Shown here piece by piece: positions 1 to 9,534 of a DNA stretch of 64,000 bases (position 1 is the first letter of the stretch; every line of letters begins with the position of its first letter). The stretch is from NCBI GenBank assembly GCA_032250835.1, contig JAVVEA010000002.1, positions 341,881 to 405,880 on the forward strand. Reading direction: 5' to 3'. The stretch comes from a bacterium (GTDB lineage: Bacteria; SAR324; XYD2-FULL-50-16). Under the pieces are notes generated by a model, which saw only the letters and a program-made list of their open reading frames with translations, was not told the DNA's origin and searched no databases. The translations under genes were made by a program, and so were the position numbers.

Positions 1-2616
1 CAGCTCGGCACTGGCGCTGTATTTTAAATGGAACCCACTCAATTGGTGCCGTCTCAAGACCAATTCTTTTAAATCAGCGGGGCTAGGGGTGGAAAGCGAT
101 AAAACCTGCTCAAACTGATGGGATATCTGCACCACCCGGTCTAGGTAGTTCCAAGCTAATTCGCCGCAAAAGTTGATCCACAGGATTTTGGCCTGGGTCT
201 GGTGTTGCAGCAAGATGAATTGGCGCAGCAGTTCAAAACCTCCAGGAACTCTTAAAAAGAGACGATCCAGGCTTTCCACGCCAACCACTCTGGCAGCGGT
301 CCAGGTCAGGATGTCCGCTTCGATTTCGCTAAGGCTTGGGCAAGGCCTCATTCCCAATGCATCGCACAAGACCTCGACCAAATCCGCCTCGGCAAGGCAG
401 CGGTGCTCTAGTTTGATTCTAGCCGTGGCGTAGTCACCAAAGGCGCGGCTTTGGGCTATCTGCCAGAGCGAACTTTTACCGGCTCCTTTGGCACCGACCA
501 CCGCCAGGGAACCATGCCCTTGGGCTTGGTGCTTCTCGAATACCTCGGAGACTACCGCCATTTCGGCCTGACGGGCCAAAAAGAAGCGGTCATCGGCCAG
601 CGGCTCGTTGCGGAAGAGGTGGCGGTAAACATGGGGCAGTGCAAAGATCCGGTCACGAGATTCACTGATCAGGGACTTAAGCCGTAATTCCTGGGCACTG
701 CCCACCGTAAGGCCCGTATATTGTCGGAATTGTTGGTAAAAATCGCTGAGTTTTTGGTAGTGGCTCTGGGTCCATTCGACCAACTGAGGCCAAGCCGCGC
801 TCAGGCTTTTTTGGAGGCTGCGCTGGATTTGGTGCAGCCGCTCGCGGCCCTTCACCTTGGCGCTCATCAATTGCAGGCTCAATACCTTTTCATGGTCCAC
901 CAGTGCCTGGGCGGTGGCCCCTAATTTAGAGGTTTCTTCTTGCATTAATTGGCGGGTCTGCTTGCGTAGCTTCTGGTCCAACTCTGCGAGATGGTCAAGG
1001 CGGTCCAAGGCCCGACCCATGGCATCGGTAAATAGGTGGGGACGATCTACAGGAGCGGTGCCTTCGTCGCGGATGCGCAGCAGTACGGAGCCAAAGTTGA
1101 CGTCCAAGAGTTGGTCCAATTCATGGACCGAGACGACTTGGGCGGTATATTCACGGCCGTTTTTTTCCCAAAAGCTATCGAGCCGCTCTTTTAGGGAAGA
1201 AAAAATTTCGCTGTCGATGATCTCATAAAAGGCCACCTGCCGGGTTTTTGTCTTGGGGTTTAACGGGTCTGCCTGTCGTTCTTGCAATAGCGACATCTCG
1301 GCGGGGAACTGCGCTAAAGTTGCCGTTAACGCATCCCTATAGGCTTGGAGGTCCAGTTTGGGGTGGTTGGTTTTTAAACATTCCAACAATTGGGGCTGTA
1401 GCTGGTAACGCAGTTCGTTGGTCAGGGCGCGCAATTGCTCGCCTGCTTGGTCGATTGAAGTTTGCGGGTCCTGCTGGTCCCGCCAAGAGATCAGGTGGTC
1501 GTGCAGAGCGTCGATCTGCTCATTAACGGCCTTTCCCTGGACTTGTAGCAGCTTAAAAATCAAGTCTTGGGTCACCGCTGCGGCGCGCGCACTTAAGAGA
1601 TAAAGCTCGCCGTCCTTTTTTTGGTCTTGGTCCCAGGCGGTCCAATAGGCGGCCCAAGCTTGGGTGAGCCCTTCGGCTCGGGCTTTTTGTTGTTTCTGGG
1701 CTTGGGCGGCGCGCCCCGGACGGTAACGAGAGGCCGGATAACCCCAACCACCAGCGTACAGGAATCCCTGGGCGAAGTCTGCCCATTGGCGCTCGAAGGC
1801 GAGTTTCAAGCGTGATTGGGAGTTTTCTTGTAGCTGAACCAACTGCCCGCACAGCTCCCTGAGCCGCTCGGCCAGGGACTCTTGATCGGTTTTGGCTTGC
1901 AAGATGGCCTCGTCGCTGCGCTCTTGCAACAGGCCATGCAAAGCCCAACAGGCCCGGTTGTGCCCCTCAAAGGCCTCGCCCAATTGGCCGTAAAGCTCCG
2001 CCAAATCCGCCGCCCAGCGGCCCGATTCTTCTAACCAAAAGGCATAAAGGGGGGTGCCCAGATGGGTAGCCAATAATCCGGCCAAGGAAAAACTGCGGTA
2101 AAACTGGGGTTCCGCAAGGGCCTCGCGGGAGCGCCAGGCGCGCCAACGGTTAGCCAAGGAGCGGGTGAACCGGGCCCAAGCAAAGCGCCTGCGCTGGCTC
2201 CACATCCAAAGCCCAACCCGAAGCGAAGGGGCCGGGCCGGCTACCAGGGGGTCAGTTAACTCTAAATCCAGTTTGCTGGGCCAAAGGGCCAAGCTTTGCT
2301 TAAGTTGCGCTTCCCAGGAATCGGCCCAAAGCTTCGGAGAAACCTGCCCTAGTTCTTGGATCAAGTCCCCGTTCCATTGCGGCAAGGCCTCAAAAAAGGC
2401 CAAGTACCCCAAAATAGCCTCGGCTAGGTCGTCGATCAAAAAGGGGGGCTCACGCTTGGTAATCGGTGCCGTCGCCTGCTCCAAAAGCCGCTCAAGCAGA
2501 CTTAACAGACGCCCAAATTCCGGCGCTACTTGCGCGCTCACCTGCCGGTCCAAGGCGGACAGCAGTTCCTTTTGGATCTGATCAAGCCAGCTTTGAATGG
2601 ACAAGACAGGGGCCAT
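1..2616 (-). CDS. Large helical protein with C-terminal P-loop (AAA/STAND-like) ATPase domain; 3' end lies outside the window
   Basis: My own translation: open frame from ATG at 2616 (MAPVLSIQSW...) to base 1, 872 codons. Walker A LAVVGAKGAGKSS at about 469-507, preceded by LPHVYRHLFRNEPL..RFFLAR. Absent from the ORF track because no stop codon falls in the window. Confidence 0.8.
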   Translation of the reverse strand, partial: MAPVLSIQSWLDQIQKELLSALDRQVSAQVAPEFGRLLSLLERLLEQATAPITKREPPFLIDDLAEAILGYLAFFEALPQWNGDLIQELGQVSPKLWADSWEAQLKQSLALWPSKLDLELTDPLVAGPAPSLRVGLWMWSQRRRFAWARFTRSLANRWRAWRSREALAEPQFYRSFSLAGLLATHLGTPLYAFWLEESGRWAADLAELYGQLGEAFEGHNRACWALHGLLQERSDEAILQAKTDQESLAERLRELCGQLVQLQENSQSRLKLAFERQWADFAQGFLYAGGWGYPASRYRPGRAAQAQKQQKARAEGLTQAWAAYWTAWDQDQKKDGELYLLSARAAAVTQDLIFKLLQVQGKAVNEQIDALHDHLISWRDQQDPQTSIDQAGEQLRALTNELRYQLQPQLLECLKTNHPKLDLQAYRDALTATLAQFPAEMSLLQERQADPLNPKTKTRQVAFYEIIDSEIFSSLKERLDSFWEKNGREYTAQVVSVHELDQLLDVNFGSVLLRIRDEGTAPVDRPHLFTDAMGRALDRLDHLAELDQKLRKQTRQLMQEETSKLGATAQALVDHEKVLSLQLMSAKVKGRERLHQIQRSLQKSLSAAWPQLVEWTQSHYQKLSDFYQQFRQYTGLTVGSAQELRLKSLISESRDRIFALPHVYRHLFRNEPLADDRFFLARQAEMAVVSEVFEKHQAQGHGSLAVVGAKGAGKSSLWQIAQSRAFGDYATARIKLEHRCLAEADLVEVLCDALGMRPCPSLSEIEADILTWTAARVVGVESLDRLFLRVPGGFELLRQFILLQHQTQAKILWINFCGELAWNYLDRVVQISHQFEQVLSLSTPSPADLKELVLRRHQLSGFHLKYSASAEL

Positions 2617-2980
2617 AACTCTGAGGGTATAAGGGGACGTTCCTCTATAGAGTAAAGGCCCGCCACCTAAAAGACTAGAAAATTCGTGGGTTGTGTGGCT
2701 GGCTCCGGGTTGGGGTAGTGGGCACTGAAAAAGCGGTCTAGACTCCGGTTGCATTTGAGTCGGGCTTTGGGTTAGCAGCTGATTTTAAATCTTAAATTTC
2801 CTTGACCGAGCGGTTGCTTAGGCCCGAATAATGGACCTAACAGAGCCTAAACCCAGACGGCCTAAGCTTAAGTTGAGTGAATTTGGTGCGAAGCTAACCT
2901 CACTTTTTAGCCGGACACCGCCCTACTTGGGTCGCTACATACGTTTTTTTGCTCATTAAATCCCACTACCGGAGATCCCT

Positions 2981-3622
2981 GTGATCAACCTGCTCAAAAC
3001 GATTCTGCGGGCCTCCCCGCTCTTCCCTGTCATCAAGGGTTATAAGTTACAACAAGAAGTGAAAGCCTGGGAAGCTCAGGGAAAAACCGGCCCCAGCCCG
3101 GCGTTGGTCAAGCGCCAAAACCTAAAGGAGGTGGCCCAGGCCCAGGGGACTAAGATTTTTGTGGAAACCGGAACCTTTATGGGCGATACCCTGGCGGCTT
3201 TGGCAGAGGATTTTGACCAGCTTTATTCGGTGGAGCTTGCCCCTGCCTTGTATGAGCGGGCTTGTAAGCGTTTTGCTGGCGTCGACAAGATAACCCTGTT
3301 TTTTGGCGACAGCGGCCAAGTTTTGGGGGAACTCTTACCGAAGCTGAAGGAACCGGCCCTCTTTTGGCTGGACGGGCACTACTCCGCCGGGGAGACGGCC
3401 AAGGGGGACAAAGAAACCCCGATTTTAGAAGAGCTAGGCCATATTTTCGCCACCGAGCCGAAACATGTGATCGTCATCGACGATGCCCGCTGCTTTGCCG
3501 ACGAAGCCCCCGAACCGGACTACCCCACCTTAAGCCGACTCCGGGCCTTCGTCGCCCAGCGGGCCCCGCACCTAGAAATGGAAGTCCGCGACGACGCGAT
3601 CTTTCTTTCGCCGAAGGGGTGA
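2981..3622 (+). CDS. SAM-dependent methyltransferase-fold protein
   Basis: Motifs FVETGTFMGDT, SVEL, GDS, FWLDGH, VIDDAR; GGAG upstream of the GTG start. Confidence 0.7.
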   Translation: MINLLKTILRASPLFPVIKGYKLQQEVKAWEAQGKTGPSPALVKRQNLKEVAQAQGTKIFVETGTFMGDTLAALAEDFDQLYSVELAPALYERACKRFAGVDKITLFFGDSGQVLGELLPKLKEPALFWLDGHYSAGETAKGDKETPILEELGHIFATEPKHVIVIDDARCFADEAPEPDYPTLSRLRAFVAQRAPHLEMEVRDDAIFLSPKG

Positions 3623-3732
3623 GAGGTTGGGCGGAGGGTTGTCGGTTCGGGCCAGCGGGCTGAATTTGGGGCTGCTTAAAATACAGTAGGTTGTCTATAT
3701 CCCTGGCTTATAAGGGGCCGAGGGTACTTCTC

Positions 3733-3769
3733 TTGACGATAGTTCCTAATATGCGTACAATATACGCAT
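3733..3769 (+). promoter_or_regulatory. Sigma70 promoter of the TA operon with an operator-like palindrome over the -10
   Basis: TTGACG (3733) - 17 bp - TACAAT (3756); inverted repeat ATGCGTA-N5-TACGCAT at 3751-3769; GGAGG RBS follows. Confidence 0.75.
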
Positions 3770-3784
3770 GACACCGGAGGAAAC

Positions 3785-4045
3785 ATGAGCAAGACCCGCA
3801 TCAATCTCAGCTTAGATGCCGATTTGGCCAGCTTCGCCAAGGACTTCGCCGCTGAGAACCGCACCACCGTATCGGAGGTGTTCACCCAATATCTCTTGGG
3901 GCTCAAGCGGCACGCCATGGGACGCCCCCAGCCAACCTTCCTGGCCGACCCAGCCTTTAACGAGGCCTTGGCGCAAGCCCAGCAACGCCTGCAACAAGGA
4001 AAGGCGAGCTGGTCTAGCTTCGATGAAGTCTTTAAAGAGCCTTGA
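3785..4045 (+). CDS. Ribbon-helix-helix antitoxin (DUF6364-like)
   Basis: N-terminal KTRINLSLD..LA..AK.FA....TTVSEVF RHH pattern; C-terminal SFDEVF; stop overlaps the toxin start (TGATG). Confidence 0.75.
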   Translation: MSKTRINLSLDADLASFAKDFAAENRTTVSEVFTQYLLGLKRHAMGRPQPTFLADPAFNEALAQAQQRLQQGKASWSSFDEVFKEP

Positions 4046-4356
4046 TGGAGGCGCTCTTTGAACGGGATTTCGTCAAAGCACTGAAAAAACATGCCTCGAT
4101 CAAAAAAGCCGTGGAGCGCAAGGTGTTGCCGATCATCGAGCACCCCTTGGTGTTCGGCGAGCCCCTTCAGGGAAACTGGCGGGGTTATTATTCCTGCCCG
4201 GTGCAACGAAATTTCATCATCATCTATCTGTACTGCGCCGCCTGTCGCTCCAAACAAGACGATCTAGCGGTGCAATGTAGCGACTGCAGCGAGCGAGCGG
4301 ATCAGACGTTAAAGTTTCTTGTGCTGGGGCCCCATGATCAAGCCTATGGTTTGTAA
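4045..4356 (+). CDS. RelE/ParE-superfamily toxin with CxxC...CxxC insertion
   Basis: F.K.LKK, GEPLQGNWRGYYS, FIIIY and terminal LGPHDQAY fit RelE/YafQ; insertion CAAC-x10-CSDC. Confidence 0.75.
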   Translation: MEALFERDFVKALKKHASIKKAVERKVLPIIEHPLVFGEPLQGNWRGYYSCPVQRNFIIIYLYCAACRSKQDDLAVQCSDCSERADQTLKFLVLGPHDQAYGL

Positions 4357-4529
4357 GCACAATATCTTGGGTTTGATTCGTAGCGAAACCTTGTGAGTGT
4401 GCTGTCGCCGGATTACCAGGGGGCTGAATTGGGGGCTGGCCAAAATACAGTAGGTTGCCTAGTTTAAAGGAGCGGTGCCGGTAAACTACCAATCCATTGG
4501 GGGCCAGTGCTCGAACCGGATAAAAAAAG

Positions 4530-4934
4530 ATGGGAACGGAAATGGATGCGAATGAACGGCCCGATAAGGGCGAAGACGAAAAGTTTTGTGCCGATTGCGG
4601 CCAATTGATCCACAAGAAGGCCGAAATCTGCCCCAAATGCGGGGTGCGGCAAATGGCCCCGCCAACAAATCTGGTCCAAACTCGGGGGCGTCAACGGATA
4701 GTAGCCGCGCTGTTCGCCTTTTTCCTCGGCGCGATAGGCATCCACCAATTCTACCTGGGGAGGGTCTTACTGGGTGTTGTCTACTTGCTCCTCTGCTGGA
4801 CTTTCATCCCCGCCATCATCGCCTTCATTGAAGCAATCCTGCTGTTAATTATGAGCGACGAAACCTTCGACTATAAATTCAACCCCCAACTGGTGGCTTT
4901 ATCTAAGCGGCAACAGGGCGAGACAGCCACCTGA
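4530..4934 (+). CDS. TM2 (NINE) domain membrane protein with N-terminal zinc ribbon
   Basis: KFCADCG...AEICPKCG, then AALFAFFLGAIGIHQFYLG and LLLCWTFIPAII. Confidence 0.85.
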   Translation: MGTEMDANERPDKGEDEKFCADCGQLIHKKAEICPKCGVRQMAPPTNLVQTRGRQRIVAALFAFFLGAIGIHQFYLGRVLLGVVYLLLCWTFIPAIIAFIEAILLLIMSDETFDYKFNPQLVALSKRQQGETAT

Positions 4935-4987
4935 CTTAGGGTGGAATGGGTGTTTACCTTCTGATTTCAACACAACCTATGTTTTAC

Positions 4988-5172
4988 AAAATCAGAGGAC
5001 AGCATACCTATTTTTTCGCAGCGGGGCGCACGGAGTTTGCAAGTACGTGATTCCTTGCCCAGATGGTAGCAAGTAGCGAATACAGAAGCTTGATTGGTGG
5101 AAAATCAGGGGACAGATACCTATTTTTCGCAGCGGGGTGCAAGGAGTCTGCAAGTAGGCGATTCCTTCCCAG
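4988..5172 (-). repeat. Two diverged ~73-bp direct repeats (4988-5062, 5101-5172), each beginning with a reverse CTGTCC-type motif
   Basis: aaaatcag(a/g)ggacag..atacctattttt.cgcagcgggg.gca.ggagt.tgcaagta...gattcctt.cccag; 6 mismatches and 3 gaps by hand. Confidence 0.9.
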
Positions 5173-5416
5173 TATAGAAATGGGCGAAACAAAATATGAG
5201 CAATATATTTTGGCACGATCAAGTGTTTTCGCTAAAGCCGCTAATCTCACGAAGGAAAGAATTTATTTCGTGTCTGAAAGTCGAAAGGACAAGGACTAAG
5301 AGTAGTCGTCCTATCTCCTGATTTCCCCCCTGCTTTTTTATGTAGGGACATGTCATGACATAAAGACAGGACAGAAGTTACGCCCATGTCGTGGAAATAG
5401 ATATACTGTCACCTGA

Positions 5417-5760
5417 TTAACGAAACAGGCCGCTGATCAAGGTCTGATAATTCACCCTCTCGTTGGCGGCCATGATCTTGATTCCGCCCCGGTCCGCTTT
5501 GGGGCGGATGATGGCGCGTTTCGATTTTTCAAGCTGTTGCGGGCCAGTCCTGAGCCTCTTTTTCGACCCCCTCAGGGCCCCTTCGCCGCCCCCAACCCGC
5601 TCACCACGCCCCAACTCGCCCAACAACTCCGCTTCTTCCGCGCCCAAGCGCTTGTGAGCTTGGGGGACGGTAAGGCTTTGTTTCTGGGGCTTGTGGAGAA
5701 ATTTGCGGTCGGATTCTTCAAGTAGCAATCAATGGTTTGGGCGGTTTCTACAAGAGGCAA
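5417..5760 (-). pseudogene. Decayed BrnT/CopG(BrnA-like) toxin-antitoxin remnant
   Basis: EEAELL..L.RGE and KRAIIRPKADRGGIKIMAANERVNYQTLISGL resemble CopG-type antitoxins; upstream fragments (EESDRKFL, PSPKLT in another frame) resemble a BrnT C-terminus; no clean starts. Confidence 0.5.
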
Positions 5761-5798
5761 TCAAAAGCTGAGGTGGCCGTACCTGAAAATCCGAGGCA

Positions 5799-6036
5799 AT
5801 AGGGCGTTCTAGGCCGCAGCCCTTAATCTCCTGAACGCAACCAGCAAGCGAAGGCATTTCATCCCATTTAATTCTATGTGTTAGGCTGTATAAATTGGTA
5901 TTCTGTCACCTGAGTTTATAGGGCGCTTTAGAGCACAGCAGCAAATGACTCGCGCATAACCGGCAAGTGAAGGAATTTCATTCCATTAAATTCTGTGGAT
6001 TAGGTTGTATAAATTGGTGTTCTGTCGCCAGATTTA
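5799..6036 (+). repeat. Tandem duplication of a ~119-bp unit, each copy ending in the CTGTC(A/G)CC(T/A)GA motif
   Basis: 5839-5913 vs 5958-6032 are 63/75 identical; atagggcg starts both units (5799, 5918). Confidence 0.9.
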
Positions 6037-6239
6037 GAATCTCATTTCCAGCTACAAAAAATTACAAGCAGTTAGCTAAAAAATGATCGCGGACCTCAGG
6101 CAAAGAAACTGAAGCCCAGGGCCGGATTCCGACTTTTTTACAGGTGGGTTTGGCAAGACCCCAATCTTTAGTCCAATTCTTAAGTAAGACTTAGCATGGG
6201 ATGACGTACCCGCCTTGGACGTTGCCCTAAAAGGAAAGA

Positions 6240-8969
6240 TCAGACCCCGCCAATCCGTTGATCAATGGCTTCCAAAAAAAACTTTTGTTCGCGTTGGGCC
6301 CGAGCCAGCAGGTCGGCATCGAGCTGAACTCCCTTGCTAGCCAGCAACTCGCAGACTTCCATCACCTCCGAAAGTGCTAGCCCACCAACTTGGGCGGCAG
6401 TTCCCTTAAGCTCGTGCGCCATCTCAAAGGCCTCGTCGAAGCGCTGCTCGGACCAGTGCTCAAATAGCTGCTCAACTCCGTGGGCATGTAACTCGCGGTA
6501 AAGCTCAAGCAGCCGATCGAGTCTTTCGGCCTTGCCACTGAAGTATTCCAAGGCCACAGAGAAATCGACTGCCCGGGTACTCTCAGGTTTACTCATTCGT
6601 TCACCGACCAGCGGTTGCTCCTCATTTTTCCGAGAAAGCCAGCGGATCAGACAGGCTTCCAGTAGAGCGACTTCAATCGGCTTGGTAATGATGTCGTCCA
6701 TCCCCACCGAACGGCATTTTTCCTGCTCCTCCAAAAAGGCATGGGCAGTCATCGCCACGATGGGGATACGCCGCGCCGCTTGCGTATCGGCTTCGTATTT
6801 TCTGATTGCTTGGGCCGCCGCGCGTCCGTCCATCTGAGGCATCTGGATATCCATCAACACCAAATCGTAGGCTTTAGACTGAAACTGCTCGGTTGCTGCG
6901 ACTCCGTTATCGACGACATCGACCTTCAAGCCGTAGGATTCTAACAGGTCGACGGCCAACTCCTGATTGATTTTATTGTCCTCGGCCAGCAGTAGACTGG
7001 CTCCGACGATGGCCTGCAATGCCACCGGTTTTCTTTGGGGCGAATCTGGATACAGGCTGGATTTAGAGTCTGTGAAGAGATCAATGATCATTTGGCGTAG
7101 GTGGCTGGGACCGACCGGTTTGAACAGTTGGGCATCGAAGGAGCCTTTTTCGTAGATTTCGTCGATGCTGGTCGGGTCGGAACCGGAGACCAAAACAATT
7201 TTTGGCGTTGGTTGCAGTTTTGGATCTTGGCGAAGGATCTGGCACAATTGTGAGCCATCTATCCCAGGCATCCTCAGATCCAGCAGCACCAGATCGACCG
7301 GACCGCTTTGTTCGTAATGGTTGTAGATACTCTCCAACGCTTCCTCACCGGACTCAAAGAACTCCGTTGGCCGTTCGAATGGGGGCATGATCTCTTTCAG
7401 GTGCTCCAGCATCATCGGGTTGTCCTCGACCACGTATACTTTGAGAGCAAGCAGTTCAGGGGGATATTCGACAGGGTAATCGGCTCCAGGAGACTGCCGG
7501 CCAAAGGGCATCGAAACCGTGAATTTCGTCCCCTGGTCCGGCTGGCTGGAAACACCCATTTTACCACCCATGGCTTCGACCAACCGTTTGGCGATTGACA
7601 AACCCAGTCCTGTGCCACCGTATTTTCGGCTGGTCGAGCTGTCGGCTTGGCTAAAGGGTTGGTACAATTTTTCTATAGTCTGGACTTCCATGCCGACGCC
7701 AGTATCGGTCACCTCAAAGACTAATTCGACCCAATCCCTTTGCGCCTGTATTTGGCTGATCGACAGCGTTACAGATCCCGCTTTGGTATATTTAATTCCG
7801 TTCGAAAGCAGGTTGATCAAGACCTGTTCGACCCGCAGGATATCCCCCTTCAACTCTACCGATATATCCGGTTCTACGTCGAAGCGAAGTTCGATTTTCT
7901 TGCGGCGTGCTAACACCCCCACCGCCGAAGCTACGTTGCCCAGTAGGACCGATAGGTCAAAGCAACTATTTTCCAACTCTAATTGCTGGGCCTCAATCTT
8001 TGAAAAATCCAAGACGTCGTTGACTACCCGCAACAGCAACTGAGCCGATAGGTCGACTTTTTTAAGATAGTTGGCCTGTTTGACGTCTAAGTCAGTTTTA
8101 AGGCAAAGCTGATTCATCCCGATGATCGCGTTGAGCGGTGTGCGGATTTCATGACTCATATTGGCCAGGAATTCTGATTTGGCTTGAGTTGCCGCTTGGG
8201 CCTCCTTTTGAGCCAGGAACAAGACGCCGATTTTTTGAGAAAAGAGCCTGAAGAAGTAAAATAACAAAACGAAGTAAGCCAAGGCGCGTAGAAAATGCCA
8301 AAGCCACCAAAGCGGGTCCCAAAGGGTTGAGCTTTCAAAGAGGATCCCCGCCATGCCAAAGAGAAGACAGTGATTGGCAAGAATGATCTGATCTTCACGG
8401 TGGGTTTGTGCATTCCGCTTGGTGAAGGTCCACCAGGCGAAGATAAAGCCGACGCCTCCGGTAACGTTGAGCACAATTGCCGCTGGAGTGAATCGTCCCA
8501 TCTCCAACATGGCAGGCAGTAAGCTCTCATTGGCCATCGAAAAAATGCCCAGTACTATGGCGATGGCCGAGGCCGCAAAGGCGATCTGGTTGGCTGCCCG
8601 GTTGAGGTGGTCACGATGGACGGCTACCAAAGCGATCATCATACCGCCAAAAAAGGTTGCTGTACTATGCAGCCAGACGAAGTTGTTTCCAGGGCTGGTG
8701 CAGGAATGAAATCCGTCGAGTAAGCCCATTGATAAGAGCGCAGCTGCCACCCAGAGATAGTAGGTTTCGACTTGGCGGTCGCGCAGTAGCAGCAAAATGA
8801 ACGTTGAGATGATCAGTGCCGCCAAACTGCCCACCGACTCGATGAAGCCATGAAAAAGCTCATGATTCCACCTCGAGTCGGGAAAGAAGTGCATCAAACT
8901 GAACCCGAGCAGCAGCGGCAATACCAAAGAGGGCAGCAGCGAGGTGAGCGACGAGATCAGGATTTTCAT
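6240..8969 (-). CDS. Membrane-bound hybrid histidine kinase (multi-TM sensor, HisKA, HATPase, two REC, Hpt)
   Basis: [15 protein letters not shown]-box, [29 protein letters not shown] and LMDIQMP receivers, AHELKG Hpt. Start taken as MKILIS (8969); the track extends to 9095. Confidence 0.93.
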   Translation of the reverse strand: MKILISSLTSLLPSLVLPLLLGFSLMHFFPDSRWNHELFHGFIESVGSLAALIISTFILLLLRDRQVETYYLWVAAALLSMGLLDGFHSCTSPGNNFVWLHSTATFFGGMMIALVAVHRDHLNRAANQIAFAASAIAIVLGIFSMANESLLPAMLEMGRFTPAAIVLNVTGGVGFIFAWWTFTKRNAQTHREDQIILANHCLLFGMAGILFESSTLWDPLWWLWHFLRALAYFVLLFYFFRLFSQKIGVLFLAQKEAQAATQAKSEFLANMSHEIRTPLNAIIGMNQLCLKTDLDVKQANYLKKVDLSAQLLLRVVNDVLDFSKIEAQQLELENSCFDLSVLLGNVASAVGVLARRKKIELRFDVEPDISVELKGDILRVEQVLINLLSNGIKYTKAGSVTLSISQIQAQRDWVELVFEVTDTGVGMEVQTIEKLYQPFSQADSSTSRKYGGTGLGLSIAKRLVEAMGGKMGVSSQPDQGTKFTVSMPFGRQSPGADYPVEYPPELLALKVYVVEDNPMMLEHLKEIMPPFERPTEFFESGEEALESIYNHYEQSGPVDLVLLDLRMPGIDGSQLCQILRQDPKLQPTPKIVLVSGSDPTSIDEIYEKGSFDAQLFKPVGPSHLRQMIIDLFTDSKSSLYPDSPQRKPVALQAIVGASLLLAEDNKINQELAVDLLESYGLKVDVVDNGVAATEQFQSKAYDLVLMDIQMPQMDGRAAAQAIRKYEADTQAARRIPIVAMTAHAFLEEQEKCRSVGMDDIITKPIEVALLEACLIRWLSRKNEEQPLVGERMSKPESTRAVDFSVALEYFSGKAERLDRLLELYRELHAHGVEQLFEHWSEQRFDEAFEMAHELKGTAAQVGGLALSEVMEVCELLASKGVQLDADLLARAQREQKFFLEAIDQRIGGV

Positions 8970-9316
8970 TAGAATTGTCCGAGCCGAGTTCAGTGTATAG
9001 GGAGGTGATCGAGCGAATCCATTGTCTTTCCCATTGCGTAAAAGGATAGCATTGCCCTTCCCAAAGGGAAAGATATCAGATGCTAGATCTGACATGGTGC
9101 CAATCTCTGGACCCTTTTCGGGCGCAACGTCAATACCGAAGGGAGATCAAATTTCTGGTGACAGATTAGTAACAACTCAACCGGCTTCAACCGGTTTTCA
9201 GTGGACTTGAGTGGATTCAGGACAGCTTAGTGAATGGTCTGTCGTTACTGATGGGGACTGAAATTAGCCTGTATATCAGAGCTTCGGGGAGAATCGAGGA
9301 TTTTTGTGGCTTCCTT

Positions 9317-9354
9317 TTCCCAAGCTGAGAGTCGCGAGTTCGAATCTCGTTTCC
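9317..9354 (+). other. 3' half of a tRNA-Gly(CCC) gene; probable att-site relic
   Basis: TTCCCAAGCTGAGAGTCGCGAGTTCGAATCTCGTTTCC: anticodon loop, T-arm GCGAG-TTCGAAT-CTCGT; no D-arm, 5' half or CCA. Confidence 0.75.
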
Positions 9355-9400
9355 TAACAAACTTTGTTCGTTTTTCATAAACATCAAAGGCAGCAGTGCG

Positions 9401-9534
9401 AGTTCCACTCCAGTTCCAGAAAGTTCCAGCGAAGGGTAAAAATCCGCAAAAAAGAGAAGAAAACGGAAAAGGACGGCTCAAGCAGGCGACCCGGAAGCCC
9501 ATGGCTAAGGGCTTTTGGAATCTGGCTTGGAACT
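9401..9534. repeat. Helically spaced AGTTCCA repeats (integrase arm-site-like)
   Basis: AGTTCCA at 9401, 9412, 9422; inverted TGGAACT at 9528 and near-match TGGAATC at 9516; immediately 3' of selC. Confidence 0.55.

Larger units (their letters stand above)
3652..4461 (+). repeat. 46-bp imperfect direct repeats (3652-3697 and 4416-4461) flanking the TA pair
   Basis: ccagcgggctgaatttggggctgcttaaaatacagtaggttgtcta vs ccagggggctgaattgggggctggccaaaatacagtaggttgccta; 40/46 identical by hand alignment. Confidence 0.9.

Noticed and set aside
173-2581. Short ORFs listed in the track, and the many antisense ORFs over act, che, pckA and ftsH
   Set aside because: Shadow frames of longer, motif-supported genes.
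2831-2959. 42-aa small ORF (MDLTEPKP...) upstream of the methyltransferase
   Set aside because: No RBS and no recognisable homology or attenuator structure.
3630-3637. GGCGGAGG matching the selC 3' end as the far att site of an island
   Set aside because: Only 8 bp in GC-rich DNA; the position is suggestive but chance is likely.
5836-5886. GTTAGGC at 5880 as an integron attC core
   Set aside because: No complementary RYYYAAC/L-box hairpin, the second repeat copy lacks the GTT at this position, and there is no integrase.
4940-6040. Repeats as a CRISPR array
   Set aside because: Copies are degenerate, in both orientations and irregularly spaced; the intervening sequences are themselves duplicated; no cas genes.
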